NCBI RefSeq assembly: GCF_964204645.1
Contig: NW_027437457.1
Location: 34,127 to 98,126, forward strand
DNA length: 64,000 bases
Origin: Tubulanus polymorphus
Lineage: Eukaryota; Animalia; Nemertea
Reading direction: 5' to 3'
Under the pieces are notes generated by a model that saw nothing but the letters and a program-made list of their open reading frames with translations, ran no database searches and had not been told where the DNA came from. The stretch's first letter is position 1. Each line of letters starts with the position of its first letter. Below, piece after piece: positions 31,527-45,400 of the stretch. A program made the translations under genes and the position numbers.

Positions 31527-34500
31527 ATGATGTCTCACACATACACCACGACTAACACCACGACTGGCGGCGGAGGTTCGGGTTCGAACTCTTGGAGTAG
31601 GAATCATGAACGTCATGAATTACAGCGTTTAAACGACCGTTTGGCTTCTTACATTGAAAATATCAAAAACCTACAGAATCAGGGAAATCAAATTGATTCT
31701 TCTGCATTTGTGAATTCTGTCCAAATACTCGAGGGTGAGATGGGTGAATTAAAGAGAATGTATGAAGAGGAACTGAATTCATTGAGGTTCGATATTTCGC
31801 AGGATTTTTGATATTTCATTTATGCATATTTCATTGATTTGATATATCAATTAAAACTGGTTTCGTTATTTAGGCTGAAATTGGACGAAGATCTGAAAGA
31901 GAAAAATCACTGGAAAATTCAGGCGAATAAAAATCAGGCTTCACAACAACAATTTCAAGATCGGTAAGATACAAATTCGGAGGGGGGCCGAGCGGGGTCG
32001 GGGGAGGGGGGTAGCCTGATCGAACTGCTAATTGTTGTTTATTATTATAGTTTTGCCATTGAAGCTGATAAATACAGGAAGGCAATCGATGAAATAAATG
32101 GACTTCAACGATTATTAAGTCAAAAAGATGGAGAATTATTAGAATTAAAGATGGCTGCCATGGCACCTATAGACGAACTGGCTCAAATAAAACGAGATTA
32201 TGAAGTCGCGATTCGAGAGGCTGAGAATTATAAACGAAGGTTCGTGTAATTAAACCCATCGTTAAACTCTAGAATTAGAATTTCTGTTCTAGGAGTATGT
32301 TTTAATCTATAGGTACGATCATGAACAGAAGTTACGTCAGGATTTAGACGACCAACTTCATCAACTTCATAAAAAAGTCGAATTTGATTCAGCAGTTCGT
32401 GATAAAGTGAGTACCAATATACACCACCAGATGGCATTACTAACAGTCAGTTATTTTTAGATTTTCGTATCTAAATATGAAACAAGTTTGAAATAATGAG
32501 ATTCATTTTCTAAGTCAGTGTTTGATATAAGTTTTTAATTGAAATCTTGAAGGAATTGAAATGCTGTAATCGAGTGACCACTAGCGACACCTGGTGTAAT
32601 ACTCACTTGCCACAGTCCCTATATAATACGGTATATTGAATTGTAGGCGGCCGATGAAATGAAAGGAAGATTAGAATTATCAACGAATACGATATTAAAT
32701 CTGGAATCTCGCTTGAGAGAAGTATCGAAAACTGACGGAAATATCGGAGATAAATTACAACAAATACGAAAAGCGGCCGAGGACGAAATATTGAAATATC
32801 GAACGGAATTAGAGGAGAATTTCAATAGAACAGTCAGTATTCATATTATAGTCTGTTTCATGTTTATAGTATTAATACTATAGTCTGTTTCATGTTTACA
32901 GTATTAATACTATAGTCTGTTTCATTTTTACAGTATTCATACTATAGTCTGTTTCATGTTTATAGTATTCATATTATAGTCTGTTTCATGGTCATAGTAT
33001 TCATATTATAGTCTGTTTCATGTTTATAGTATTCATATTATAGTCTGTTTCATGTTTATAGTATTCATACTATAGTCTGTTTCATGTTTATAGTATTCAT
33101 ATTATAGTCTGTTTCATGTTTATAGTATTCATATTATAGTCTGTTTCATGTTTACAGTATTCATACTATAGTCTGTTTCATGTTTATAGTATTCATAATA
33201 TAGTCTGTTTCATGTTTATAGTATTCATATTATAGTCTGTTTCATGTTTACAGTATTCATACTATAGTCTGTTTCATGTTTATAGTATTCATATTATAGT
33301 CTGTTTCATGTTTATAGTATTCATACTATAGTCTGTTTCATGTTTATAGTATTAATACTATAGTCTGTTTCATGTTTATAGTATTCATATTATAGTCTGT
33401 TTCATGTTTATAGTATTCATATTATAGTCTGTTTCATGTTTACAGTATTAATACTATAGTCTGTTTCATGTTTACAGTATTCATATTATAGTCTGTTTCA
33501 TGTTTACAGTATTCATACTATAGTCTGTTTCATGTTTAGTGTTGATAAATTTTCAGGTGATTTCATTGAAATGTCAAATCGACCGCGATACAAAATCAAA
33601 CGGAGATTTAACCAATGAGAACGCTCGATTACAATCTATTATCGATGACTTAAATGGAAAAATTGCTCAACTCGAAGGACAGGTAAAAAACACTGCACAG
33701 TTCTGAGACGGGGGGTTAGAAAATGCTGAGATTGTTTATAATCGATACCGTTTTCACTATTTATAGATCAGTGGATTGAAACAAGACAATGAGAATTTGA
33801 ACACGGCGCTAATGACTGAACGTAATCGAACGTCAGAGAAAATACGTTCATTACGAGAGAATCTCACTCAATTACAACAACAGTTAATTATAAACACCAA
33901 ACAGAACACCGGCTCTGATACGTTCATTCCTATCAAACATGAAATAGAAGCTTATAAAGTTTTATTAGAAGGTGAAGAAAAAAGGTGTGTATAATTCAAT
34001 CCCTTGTACCCCCTCTCTCTTCTCGCTTATTCCTCATTCCACCTCTCTCTCAGCCTAACCGTGGTTATATTTTAAATACAATTGTTTACTTTGTAGGATT
34101 CATTGTCCACTTGGAATGACTGAGCAGATAGGACTGACCAGTTCGGCTGGTCAGCTGGGATTGACCAGTTCCGCTGGTCAGCTGGGACTGACCTCTTCAG
34201 CTGGTCAGATAGGACTAACCAGTTCGGCTGGTCAGATAGGACTAATCGGTGGTCCATCAGCCCAGCTTGGACTAGGGTTAACCGGTGGTCAATCAGCCCA
34301 GCTTGGACTAGGGTTAACCGGTGGTCAATCAGCCCAGCTTGGACTAGGGTTAACCGGTGGTCAATCAGCCCAGCTTGGACTAGGGTTAACTGGTGTTAGT
34401 GGTAACTATGTGAGTGGAATTGTACCTATTGAAGAACCACATGTACAGTAAGTATACACACCTCCTTCATCTCCTCCTCATTTCTCTCTTCAGCCTCCTC

Positions 34501-37207
34501 TTTATCTCCTCGCTCCTCTCGTCAGTCTCCTCTTCATCTCCTCATTTCTCTCTTCAGCCTCCTCTTTATTCTGGATTGTTCTATATTATCAGGTATGACT
34601 CCGCTCAGAATCGAGCTGATATGAAGAAGATATCGATACTAGGTGGCGCTACTGATAAATTAGAGCGGACTGAAGTTCAATCAGCCCCGGCAGGTTAGTA
34701 CTCTTATATCAATACAATACAATGAATATTTATTTGGTGGTGGTCGCTCGCTTTACTAATTACTACTTAGTTGGGTCAAGTTTCAAGGTGAGGGGTTGAT
34801 GTAAGGGGGAGGGGGTGTTTAAGTGGAGTTCAGTGGGCTGGTAAGTCGAGGGGGGGGGGGGTAAGTCGAGGGGGGTGTAAGTCGAGGGGGGTGTTTAAAC
34901 CCCGTATGATGGTGTATTAATTTACAGCAGTATCAGCAGCACGGTCTCGTCACCGTGGCGACAGCAGCAACAGACGGAATATAGTCCCTACGTCGCTAGG
35001 TGAAGGACGCGATTATTTCGATGAAATGTTTCGTGATTTAACTCGCACTACTTTGATGCGTCCTGCTGTATGTGTTACAGATACGCCACCTATTGGTCAT
35101 CGACCGTCCAGTTCTACGTCACATGACTACACTAACGCTACCTCAACGTACGTATATATATATATATATACGCTTGCTCCGGTGTTGGTTCACGCGCTAT
35201 ACGCGTGTATGGTTTCTATAGTTACCGTACATACAATTGACGCTTCGCTAAATGCTTTTGAAATTGGTTTTGATTTTTAGTAGCGTTTGTGACGTGAAGA
35301 TTTTAGAAGTTCATCCGCAGGGAAAATATATACGACTTCAAAACTGTTCTAATAACAAGGTCAGTTAATTATTGAAATCCTGCTGGTTCTTCTCAGTTTG
35401 AAGAGGTGTTTATCTAAACTGATTGGAATTTTCAATATTTGTCAATCTATTTTTGATAGTAAAAACGTTCCAAACTTATAGGCGCGCACGTGACTCTTAA
35501 AGGATCTATTGCCTTCACCTCATATTTCACTGATCGGTTTTGTTTACAGGATGTTGAATTTGGAGGTTATATGATACAACAGAATGTCGGGGGAAACCCG
35601 GTAGCCGTTTATAGATTCCCGCCGAGAGTAAAGTTTATGTGTAACGATACGATCACAGTTTGGTCCGGAAATAACGACCCTATTTTACACGAACCTCCGA
35701 CTGATTTTGTGTTTAAAGAACAACAGAAATGGGGAACTGGACCGGAGTGTACGACTATACTGTGTAAACCTAACGGACAGGTCAATATACCGATACTATT
35801 CAATTATACCGATGTCTTTCTTATAAAGTTGCTATAGTTAACTGATTACTGATTGTAGGCGGTTGCCTGGACGACGGCTGCTCATAGATTTACTAAAGAC
35901 GCGTTTGATTTGAAATCATCGTCGTCTCAGGTCGCCGACGACGACGATGACAACAATGAAACCGATTTCGAGAAAATTGAAAATACTGGCGAGATTCTAA
36001 CGGAATATCCGCAGCCGAAAATACACGAATCGGTTTATCTGAGGAGGTAACCATGACGATCGATGTAATCGGGTGACTATATTACCGTGGTGATAATATG
36101 TTGCGATTATTGTATTTATAGAGAGAAAATGGAACCACCGCTGTTAACATCGCAGAAACATCCTCATGGCCTCGATCCCCTCGCGGATTGTCATCCTCGT
36201 TCAGGTCAACAGCGCCCTCTAGTAAATGGTAATGATAACAGTAGCGTTAATCGTCAAACTCGTTCTCAATCGACGCGGCCTGATCCCGTTTACGGTAGGT
36301 ATCGCTATAGTTACGCGCGGATGGTGTCATGTTTTAGTATTATTAAATATTGATTATTTGTATTATATAGGTCAGCCGTATTCGGGCGCGTCTGCTCAAA
36401 GGATGGGTAGTTCACCATTACGTAGATATATAACTACTGATTCAACTATTCGCGGTAGTGGTCATCTCGCTAATAGAGCTGTAAGTATTTACCTTCACAG
36501 ACATCTCATCCGATTCATTGTGTTAGTTTGAGTTAGGGTACAGGGTGAGGGTGCAGGGTATGGTTAGGGTGCAGGGTATGGTGAGGGTGCAGGGTGAGGG
36601 TGCATGGTGAGGGTGAGGGTACAGGGTGAGGGTACAGGGTGAAGGTGCAGGGTGAGGGTGAGGGTACAGAGTGAGGGTGCATGGTGAGGGTGCAGGGTGA
36701 AGGTGCATGGTGAGGGTGCAGGGTGAAGGTGCATGGTGAGGGTACAGAGTGAGGGTGCATGGTGAGGGTGCAGGGTGAAGGTGCATGGTGCAGGGTGAGG
36801 GTATATTGTGAGGGATATAAAAGAAGCCAGTCACTCACCGGTGTTATATCTTGTTGCAGGCCGGTGAAATACGTTACGGTCCTCCATCTCCTCATCTATC
36901 TCCAATTCAACAGGAATTATCGCGTGTTTCTGGCTCTCAACAATCGACGCTTGTTAGATTCAGCGCTGCCTAGCAACAGGTAGGTGTATATCGATTGATT
37001 GGTTGACGAGTGACTGGCTCCGCCCACTTCATACAACTAATGCTTGTCCTCTCCATTTTACAGGAAGTACAAGAAACAGCGCCCCCTCCCAGCGCGTTCA
37101 TGAAACCGTCAAATCGATACGCTTTTGGTCGTCAACAAATAGAATCACAACATCGCTTACAATACCAGGCTCCGATACCGAGACCGCCGTTATTCTCTAA
37201 CTGGTAG
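31527..37207 (+). CDS. Intermediate-filament protein with coiled-coil rod and LMNTD1-like lamin tail domain, no CaaX. About 17 exons (31527-31786 ... 35550-35780 ... 37064-37207)
   Basis: Coil 1A ERHELQRLNDRLASYIENIKNL; rod end EIEAYKVLLEGEEKR; LTD GGYMIQQNVGGNPVAVYRFPP...TITVWS...PPTDFVFKEQ...CTTILCKPNGQAVAW; the last donor (36952) is uncertain. Confidence 0.85.
32835..33538. repeat. 32-bp intronic tandem repeat, ~22 copies
   Basis: agtattcatattatagtctgtttcatgtttaY. Confidence 0.95.
36534..36802. repeat. G-rich intronic repeat (gtgagggtgcagg)
   Basis: Direct reading. Confidence 0.9.
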
Positions 37208-38531
37208 AACACCCCTACTCCGCCCGTCAACCTGCTGGTAGAACCCCCTACATCCTCCCCTCAACATCGCTTACAATACCAGGCTCCGATACCGAGACCG
37301 CCGTTATTCTCTAACTGGTAGAACCCCCCTACTCCGCCCGTCAACCTGCTGGTAGAACCCCCTACATCCTCCCCCTATCCCCGTCCCGCTTGTAGACCGC
37401 TGCTTTCTCTAACTCGTAGAACCCTCTCCGGGTTCGTTTGTAGAACCCATCTCATCTAGCCCATCTAACACGTCGAAATCTATCAGAAATCATTTGACAT
37501 ACTGTGACATTAACAGTTTAACTGATCTGGATTACAATTAATACTGGTTTTAACTGATTCAGATTGTATTAAACAGGGTCAAACTGTATTTGAAACAGTT
37601 AATTATTTTTTGAGAAATTATTGAATTAATGATATTTTTGAAATCTTCTCTAGTGTTAAATGTATATTGTATATTTCTAGTGTATCTTTTAGATCAATTA
37701 TTTATCTATTGCCAAGATTTAAAGATAACTGTGATATTTATTGATTATTTATTATAGGATTAGAATTGTTATTTCTGCACGTACGGAATTTTATGTATTT
37801 CATGTATTTTGTAGTTTGTCAAAATAGTGCCATGAAATAAATAATCTACTTATTTATTTATCAGCTGTTCATTTCTATTCTTTGACTTCATTTATTTTTT
37901 TGAGGACACAATGATGAGGATATAATGAGGATGTCTTCTCACCCAGGACACAGCAATGAATAGATATGAGGATCTGACCTTGGGATGTCTTTAGATCCCA
38001 GTGCGAGGCTATTTCATATAGACATGAGGGAGTTTGACCCAGGACTGGAGTATGACATAGATGTTTTCGCCATCTATTAGAATTTTGCTGAACTAACCAA
38101 TTTCTAGAATTGACGTGAGCAATTGAGTTTCGATGCACCTATTTTCACATGCGCCATCTATCGCAAATAAAGAATAAAATGTTTTCAATGAATAAAACTG
38201 GCTGTTTTTGGTTCTGGAGAACCCTGTAATAATGTTTCCACTAACTTGTTACTGGTGGATGTTGAGATATATGGGTTCTGGGTTTCAGTCTAGTTCTGTA
38301 GTGTATTTCACTACCTCCTCCTTTCACACAGATTTCGCAAATATCTTTATCCCACTTACAAAATTAACTCGGGCGCCGCCCACACTAGTCCTGACAGAAA
38401 AAAGTTTGATGGATATTTACATCTGGAACTAGTAAAGTAGTACCACAGTTGTGAGTTAACTCTGAGTTAAGGCAACTCGGAGACAAATCTTAACTCACAA
38501 CTGTGGAACTGGACCCAATATAACAAATCCC

Positions 38532-38765
38532 GGTAAAAGTGCAGATCCGCACCCCTCCGTGTAAACGGTTCAATCAATTACATTAAATATCATTGTTTCA
38601 GATTCAAAATTTCATCAGCAATTCGCAATCATCTGATTCGGTACATTCACATTGATTATTGCCATTGGTTAATTTTTAGATATCTTCACTAGAAAGATTT
38701 TAGCCTGGATTCTGTCATTCAGCAGATTGTGTCAATCACGAGAGGTGCGGATCTGCACTTTTACC
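38532..38765. mobile_element. MITE with 22-bp perfect TIRs and 8-bp TSD (Merlin-like)
   Basis: TIR GGTAAAAGTGCAGATCCGCACC / GGTGCGGATCTGCACTTTTACC; TSD CAAATCCC at 38524-38531 and 38766-38773. Confidence 0.8.
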
Positions 38766-38776
38766 CAAATCCCCTG

Positions 38777-38875
38777 GGGCCGGTATTAAAGACTGTTGTT
38801 AACTTCAACCCGGGGATAACTCGCAATTCACTGTTCAGTTAGCCCCCGGGTTAAAACCGTGCTCAAGATTCACCC
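38777..38875. mobile_element. Short Harbinger-like MITE
   Basis: GGG...CCC termini flanked by CTG on both sides; internal inverted repeat aacccgggg/cccgggtt. Confidence 0.45.
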
Positions 38876-40691
38876 CTGTCCCTAATATATATTTATCAAA
38901 GTGACAATTCGTACGTAGCCTACTCATACGCAACTGTTTTAACTGTTTTGTGGGGCCTTGCATCACCCGGAGGCCCTCCTATAATCTTTATTATCAGAAG
39001 TGTATTCACTCTTTTCTTAGTCCTATTGTCTCGTGTATGACGCGCTTCTTCGAGATCGCTATACACGTCCATCACGCATAGACCCGTCCAGTGAGAGGGT
39101 AGTCGGCTACTTCAGGCTCCGATTCACAGAATGTCATCAAAAAACGACATTAAACCTTTATAAACATCCCTAAAACCTCACTCAGTAAAGTATCAAGGCT
39201 GAAACTACCCCCGACTCGATATTTCAAGAGATAACATAACAAATGCCCATCCCGCATCCCGCAGTCGCAATAGCTCCTCCCCCTATTGTAACAACACAAT
39301 AGAACACGCCACAATTGAAATATCCCGCGCACTAGCAATAGACGATATCCCCCAATTGAGATCGATTAGCCAATCAGCGGCCGCGTACTGGAGCGTGTCT
39401 GGGCTTGTCGCAGGCGCCGGGAAATTAGATTTCAGCGATACATATCGAAGTTTTAGTCGAATCGAGCGCCATCTTTCTCAATTCTGCGTGGATTTTACTC
39501 GGAAGGGAATTAAATCAATTGTAAATCGTGTAAACATTACGGAGAAATTGTTTTTGAAAGGATTTTTTCATTTGTTGAAATGAAAAAATGAACATTTTCA
39601 ACCGAACTTTGAGACAAAATGTCGTCTGATAATGTGCATATCTAAAAGACTTTGGACACGGAATTAGATTGACTATTGAACAAACGCGGGACTTGGATTA
39701 ACGCGAAATGGATCACATCGGAAACTGAGGAAAAGTTTGCAGTTCTGTAAGTTAGAAATTTCTTAATATCAAGCGACTGAAATTATGTTTTATAGGTTTA
39801 GATTTTGGGGAATTTAGTTTTTAGGTATCTTATCATTCAGAAATTCAAACGTTTTGTGAACCCGCCTGTGGGTCCGGGGTCTCTATCAACTAAACACTGG
39901 AAGCGCGGAAGATTTATGTATCTATTTTCAGGGTTTCTCTTTATTTCAGAATTTGTCTTTTTATGTAGAAAACGTAGATATGTGATTGTATTTCAGGGTC
40001 TCCCACCCTATCCCCCTTAGTTTCGCAAGGTAGGCCCACGTACATATGAGTCGCGAGACACCGCAGTTGATCATTATTTAATGTTTCAACCCCCAAAAAT
40101 AAAAGTTTTAGATTTTCCTGTAGATTATTTTGAAATAGGCTTAATATAGAATTACAACGTCATCTGTCTATAGTTGAATGCGTGATCAAAACATAATTTC
40201 AGCCGTTTTTTTACTGTGTTTTTTACGCGTGACTTAATTACATGTATTTTCTAAAGTCAATAGAACATGATGTGACGATATTAAAAATCAAATCGCTCCT
40301 CGATATAAAGATCTATATCAGGCCAGATCATCACGAATCATGCAACACCTCGGAACATTTCATATGAAAATCTGACCACACCTTTTGAATTAACACTTGA
40401 ATGTTGATCTTATTCTGTAAGAACCAACTCGTTATAGAATATTCAAATAACCCGTGCGTAGAGAAATTGTGACGATTTAATTGTTAATATCTACGAGATG
40501 AATTCAAGGCCATATTTCCTATCAATGCAATACACCTTAAATTTGCACTACTGGAAAGTGTGCGATTCCTGGTGAATATATATTCTAGTAATTTGAAAAT
40601 AAGGGATGAGCTACAGAATAAATAGTGTATCGACTACACCGGACCGGTCACCACACTGATCAGACAAACTTATTAACTCAGTCAATCGCTA

Positions 40692-40880
40692 GAGCTCCGT
40701 GGTCTAGTGGTTAGCACGCTTGACTTGCATGCCGCAGGTTGTGGGCTCGAATCCTTCTAGGGTTAGGGTTACCAACGAGCTAGGGTTAGTGTTAGGGTTA
40801 TAAAGGAGCTAGATTTAGGGCTACGACCAACCTAGGGTTAGTGTTTATGGTTGGGCAATTTTTTTGGCCGGCGAGTGTTT
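40692..40880 (+). mobile_element. tRNA-derived SINE-like element with internal TTAGGG repeats
   Basis: A box TGGTCTAGTGG, B box GGCTCGAATCC; acceptor stem not closed; tail ttttggccggcgag shared with 60836. Confidence 0.6.
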
Positions 40881-41314
40881 TTTATAGTACATAATTATAT
40901 CACTGCATGACTAGTTTTTCAAACTGGATACATCTTTCTTTATTGCGACAAGCGGCCAAAAAATGTTATCATTCTAGTTTAGAGTAATGCAACCCATTGA
41001 CCTCAAAAATACACATACTTACTAGCGATTATTTTCTATTAATAGGTATAGGTGCTACTAAGATTTATTGATTTTGAACACGAATCATTCCTTTATCCAG
41101 TTGAGCCAGACCTTTTGAGAACTCATCTCAGATCAGTTTTCAAAAGGTCTGAAAGACCTGTAATATATGTATTGATAATACTGGATTCTGTAGATAATCT
41201 TTGATATAAAAATCCTCCGATCGTGAATATATTATAATACGATATTATTGATAGGGATCATTTCGATACAGTTTTCCTGGTAAAAGGTTTACAATAACCC
41301 CCGAAGTTTTGTAA

Positions 41315-41500
41315 TTGGTGATGTATATAGGAGATATATACGAGGTGTATTGGAGATGTATTGGTGATGTATATAGGAGATATATACGAGGTGTATTGGA
41401 GATGTATTGGTGATGTATATAGGAGTTATATACGAGGTGTATTGGAGATGTATTGGTGATGTATATAGGAGTTATATATAAGAGGTGTATTAGAGATGTA
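41315..41500. repeat. ~44-bp tandem repeat x4
   Basis: attggtgatgtatataggagNtatatacgaggtgtattggagatgt. Confidence 0.85.
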
Positions 41501-42477
41501 TCGGGTATTCAATGCATGAAGGAGGGGCTCCTTTTTTGAGGTGCCCTTAAAATGCGTTTTTTCATTTTTTACAGTAATATACACTAATCTCCTCCTGGGA
41601 GAACACGAAAATTTCAATATTTCCTGCGAGAGGACCCCCAACAAAATTCCAGTAGCTTCGCGCGCTTATCACTGATCGCCGCATCGCGTGGGGCACTTCA
41701 TTACTTTTGTATATTTCCGGCTCCGTCCTGGCAAACAGAGAAAAATGAATAAAATTTCGTTATTCATTCATATCAACAAAAAAAGAAAAAAGTCTCGGAC
41801 CTAAAAATCGCGCAAATCAAACTGGCGCTGGTTGTCTGGACCTCACCTCTCTAGGGTCACGTAAAACACGATGAACACTTCAAATTATGAGTCATATCTA
41901 TTTCATTTTTCATATAAATTAATTGAGAAACCCTTTCAATCATACATACATCACTGGAAAGCGCACTACTTAATATTGATAGAACTCAGGTGGACTGTTA
42001 AATGAATGTAGCACTCCGATTAATCAATCCATCGCTGCAGTTTTATTGTCAGCGCATTCCGATAGATGGCGAGTGAGTGAATTACTGTAACACATTCGTC
42101 CGGATCGATATTTTTTTCTCCGCTTATATCGAGACGATGGCTATTGTAGTCCTCCATATTCTCTCGTTTGCCTCAGTCAAATGTAGTTACCTCAATCCTC
42201 TGAATGAATCCAACTACTTCAATAATCAAACAGATTCAACAAACATTTTATGGACATCTGTATTTTAGATTTTTATTAATAAATAACATGAATTTATTTA
42301 CAATGTTGTGATATGTACAAACAATGCACATTAAATTAGAGCAATTAAAATGTGAAAAGGTCAACTATTCAACAAAATCCAATAGAAAAATATTACATAC
42401 TTTCAACCGTGAAATTCATTCGTACAACACTTTATCAATAGATGGCGTCACATGACAGTCGATATCGCTAGGGGGCG

Positions 42478-45400
42478 CTATAAGTTATATTTTCCACGCG
42501 TAGGGAATGGATTGACAGCTTGACCCTGACAAAATTCATTAAATATCAATTTGAACAAGAACAAATGGAATATAATAATAAGGAAAGCGATAGCTCCCCA
42601 GAATAATGTCGGTAAACCTCCGTAACTGTGTCCATGACGATGTAACGCGATCACATGATGTTCATGAGCCGGAGCTGAAAATATATAAAAAACAACAATC
42701 AGAGACGCATTACTACGGTAACTCAATAATACAGAGTGAATCTCTTACCCTCGACAATCTCTCGAACATGAATCGCACGTTTCAATAACTCCATATGTTC
42801 TTTATCAGTAGTTATATACAATATAGCAGTGAGGGGACGAGTTAACTTAACCGGGAACTGAGTTCTCTGAGACCTGTCAATCAAACAGTAGTTATATACA
42901 GTATAGCAGTGAGGGGGTGTGGTTAACTTAACCGGGAACTGAGTTCTCTGAGACCTGTCAATCAAACAGTAGTTATATACAGTATATAGCAGTGAAGGGG
43001 GTGTGGTTAACTTAACCGGGAACTGAGTTCTCTGAGACCTGTCAATCAAACAGTAGTTATATACAGTATATAGCAGTGAAGGGGGTGTGGTTAACTTAAC
43101 CGGGAACTGAGTTCTCTGAGACCTGTCAATCAAACAGTAGTTATATACAGTATAGCAGTGAAGGGGGTGTGGTTTACGGGGTGTTGAAACTCACTTGAGA
43201 AGTACAGGAGTATCTAAACATCCAGCATCACACGCGTAATACGGTTTATCATTTCGATCCATCGCTACGTAAATCATCGCTTTATTATCTTCACCTACTT
43301 CAACTGTTATATTTACATGAGTATGGTTACCATAGTTTAATCTACGGAACTCATAATCCCGGTGTAACTCCCGTGGATGCATTCCAAATTCTAAATGATC
43401 CGGTTGAGCTTCTCTTCGAGAATTATCCGTACTGAATTTAAATGCTCCAAAACTGAGCAGCATTGCCTGCAAAATGCCATCAGCTCCTAAAATTATAAAA
43501 CACATTATTACTACACTATAGGGGGCGGAGATATATACAGCTAGGGGAGGGGCTATATACTGCTAGGGGGCGGGGCTATATACTGCTAGGGGGTGGAGCT
43601 GTATACAGCTAGGGGGAGGGGCTCGAGGGAGAATTGTTTTTACCTGTTTGTACCATATTTGTACATCCTTGTTTCTCTAATGTTATGATCCAAGTTTCTA
43701 CAAGTTTCATGATGTTATCTGCTGTATTTGTTCGCGACCACAGAGATGATGATTCCTGCCTGTAAATAAACTACTAATATGTATACAATGTGGGAGTAGG
43801 GGGTGAACTGTATATAGAGCAGGGGAGGCGGGGATTGCACCATATTTTAAGAGGGGGAGACAGTGAAGAGTCAGTCAGAAAGGAAACCGTGCATTTAAAT
43901 GTTCGAATACTGAATAGGTTCAACCTCAAATATACCATTTATCAGACTGTTCTTAGACAGGCTGAGACTGCTCTCAGACAGGAGACAGACTGAGACTGCT
44001 CCCAGACAGGAGACAGGCTGAGACTGCTCCCAGACAGGAGACAGGCTGAGACTGCTCTCAGACAGGAGACAGGCTGAGACTGCTCTCAGACAGGAGACAG
44101 GCTGAGACTGCTCTCAGACAGGAGACAGGCTGAGACTGCTCTCAGACAGGAGACAGGCTGAGACTGCTCCCAGACAGGAGACAGGCTGAGACTGCTCCCA
44201 GACAGGAGACAGGCTGAGACTGCTCTCAGACAGGAGACAGGCTGAGACTGCTCCCAGACAGGAGACAGGCTGAGGCTGCTCCCAGACAGGAGACAGGCTG
44301 AGGCTGCTCCCAGACAGGAGACAGGCTGAGGCTGCTCCCAGACAGGAGACAGGCTGAGGCTGCTCCCAGACAGGAGACAGGCTGAGGCTTCTCTCAGACA
44401 GGAGACAGACTGAGACTGCTCTCAGACAGGAGACAGGCTGAGACTGCTCTCAGACAGGAGACAGGCTGAGGCTGCTCCCAGACAGGAGACAGGCTGAGGC
44501 TGCTCCCAGACAGGAGACAGGCTGAGGCTGCTCCCAGACAGGAGACAGGCTGAGGCTGCTCCCAGACAGGAGACAGGCTGAGGCTTCTCTCAGACAGGAG
44601 ACAGGCTGAGACTGCTCTCAGACAGGAGACAGGCTGAGACTGCTCTCAGACAGGAGACAGGCTGAGACTGCTCTCAGACAGGAGACAGGCTGAGAAGTTA
44701 AGCTGAATCAATAATAGATAGTTAGTTATCTAACATTGGTTAAAGCAGAATAATAATATTAATAATAATAATAATATGTATATGTTGATTGTACATACAC
44801 TAATGTCTTAGATTCAACCAACCTGTCAAAAAATAATTGCAATTTCATTTTCACTTGAATTCTTAATTTAGAATAAAAATCTGTATATACGTAATGATTA
44901 GTGAGTATACTAACAGCGTGTGAGGTCCGGCGTAACATCGATCAGGAAAATATAACTGTTTTTCGATATTAAACTTTCTCGCTGTTGAAACTTGTTTTTC
45001 GTGTAAAGGATTCGTAGAATGACTCAATACGTAGTAAATAGTGCTGTTAATTCTGTCACCGTTCAGAGCTCCAGGTGCTTTAGATAAACTGATCGATAAT
45101 CCAGAACTCCATAACTGTAATAAATAATATACAAACATACAGAGACATCTATTATAAAACCATTATGTTCTAAACGAGAATTTGAATCTGTATCAAACCT
45201 GATTCCAAACTGTTGTATGCTCTTTTTGAAGAGCTGTCGGTTCTAATGCTAATGCTTCTTTCAAATCCTGCAAATAGAATAGTCGGTACATGTCGTATCC
45301 ACTAGAGGGCGGTGTGTGTAATCAAATCTATCCACTAGAGGGCGGTGTGTGTAATCCCTCCACTAGAGGGCTGTGGGTATAATCTATCCACTAGAGGGCG

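Noticed and set aside
40692-40770. Functional tRNA gene (Ala-TGC-like)
   Set aside because: Acceptor and anticodon stems do not pair; better explained as a SINE head
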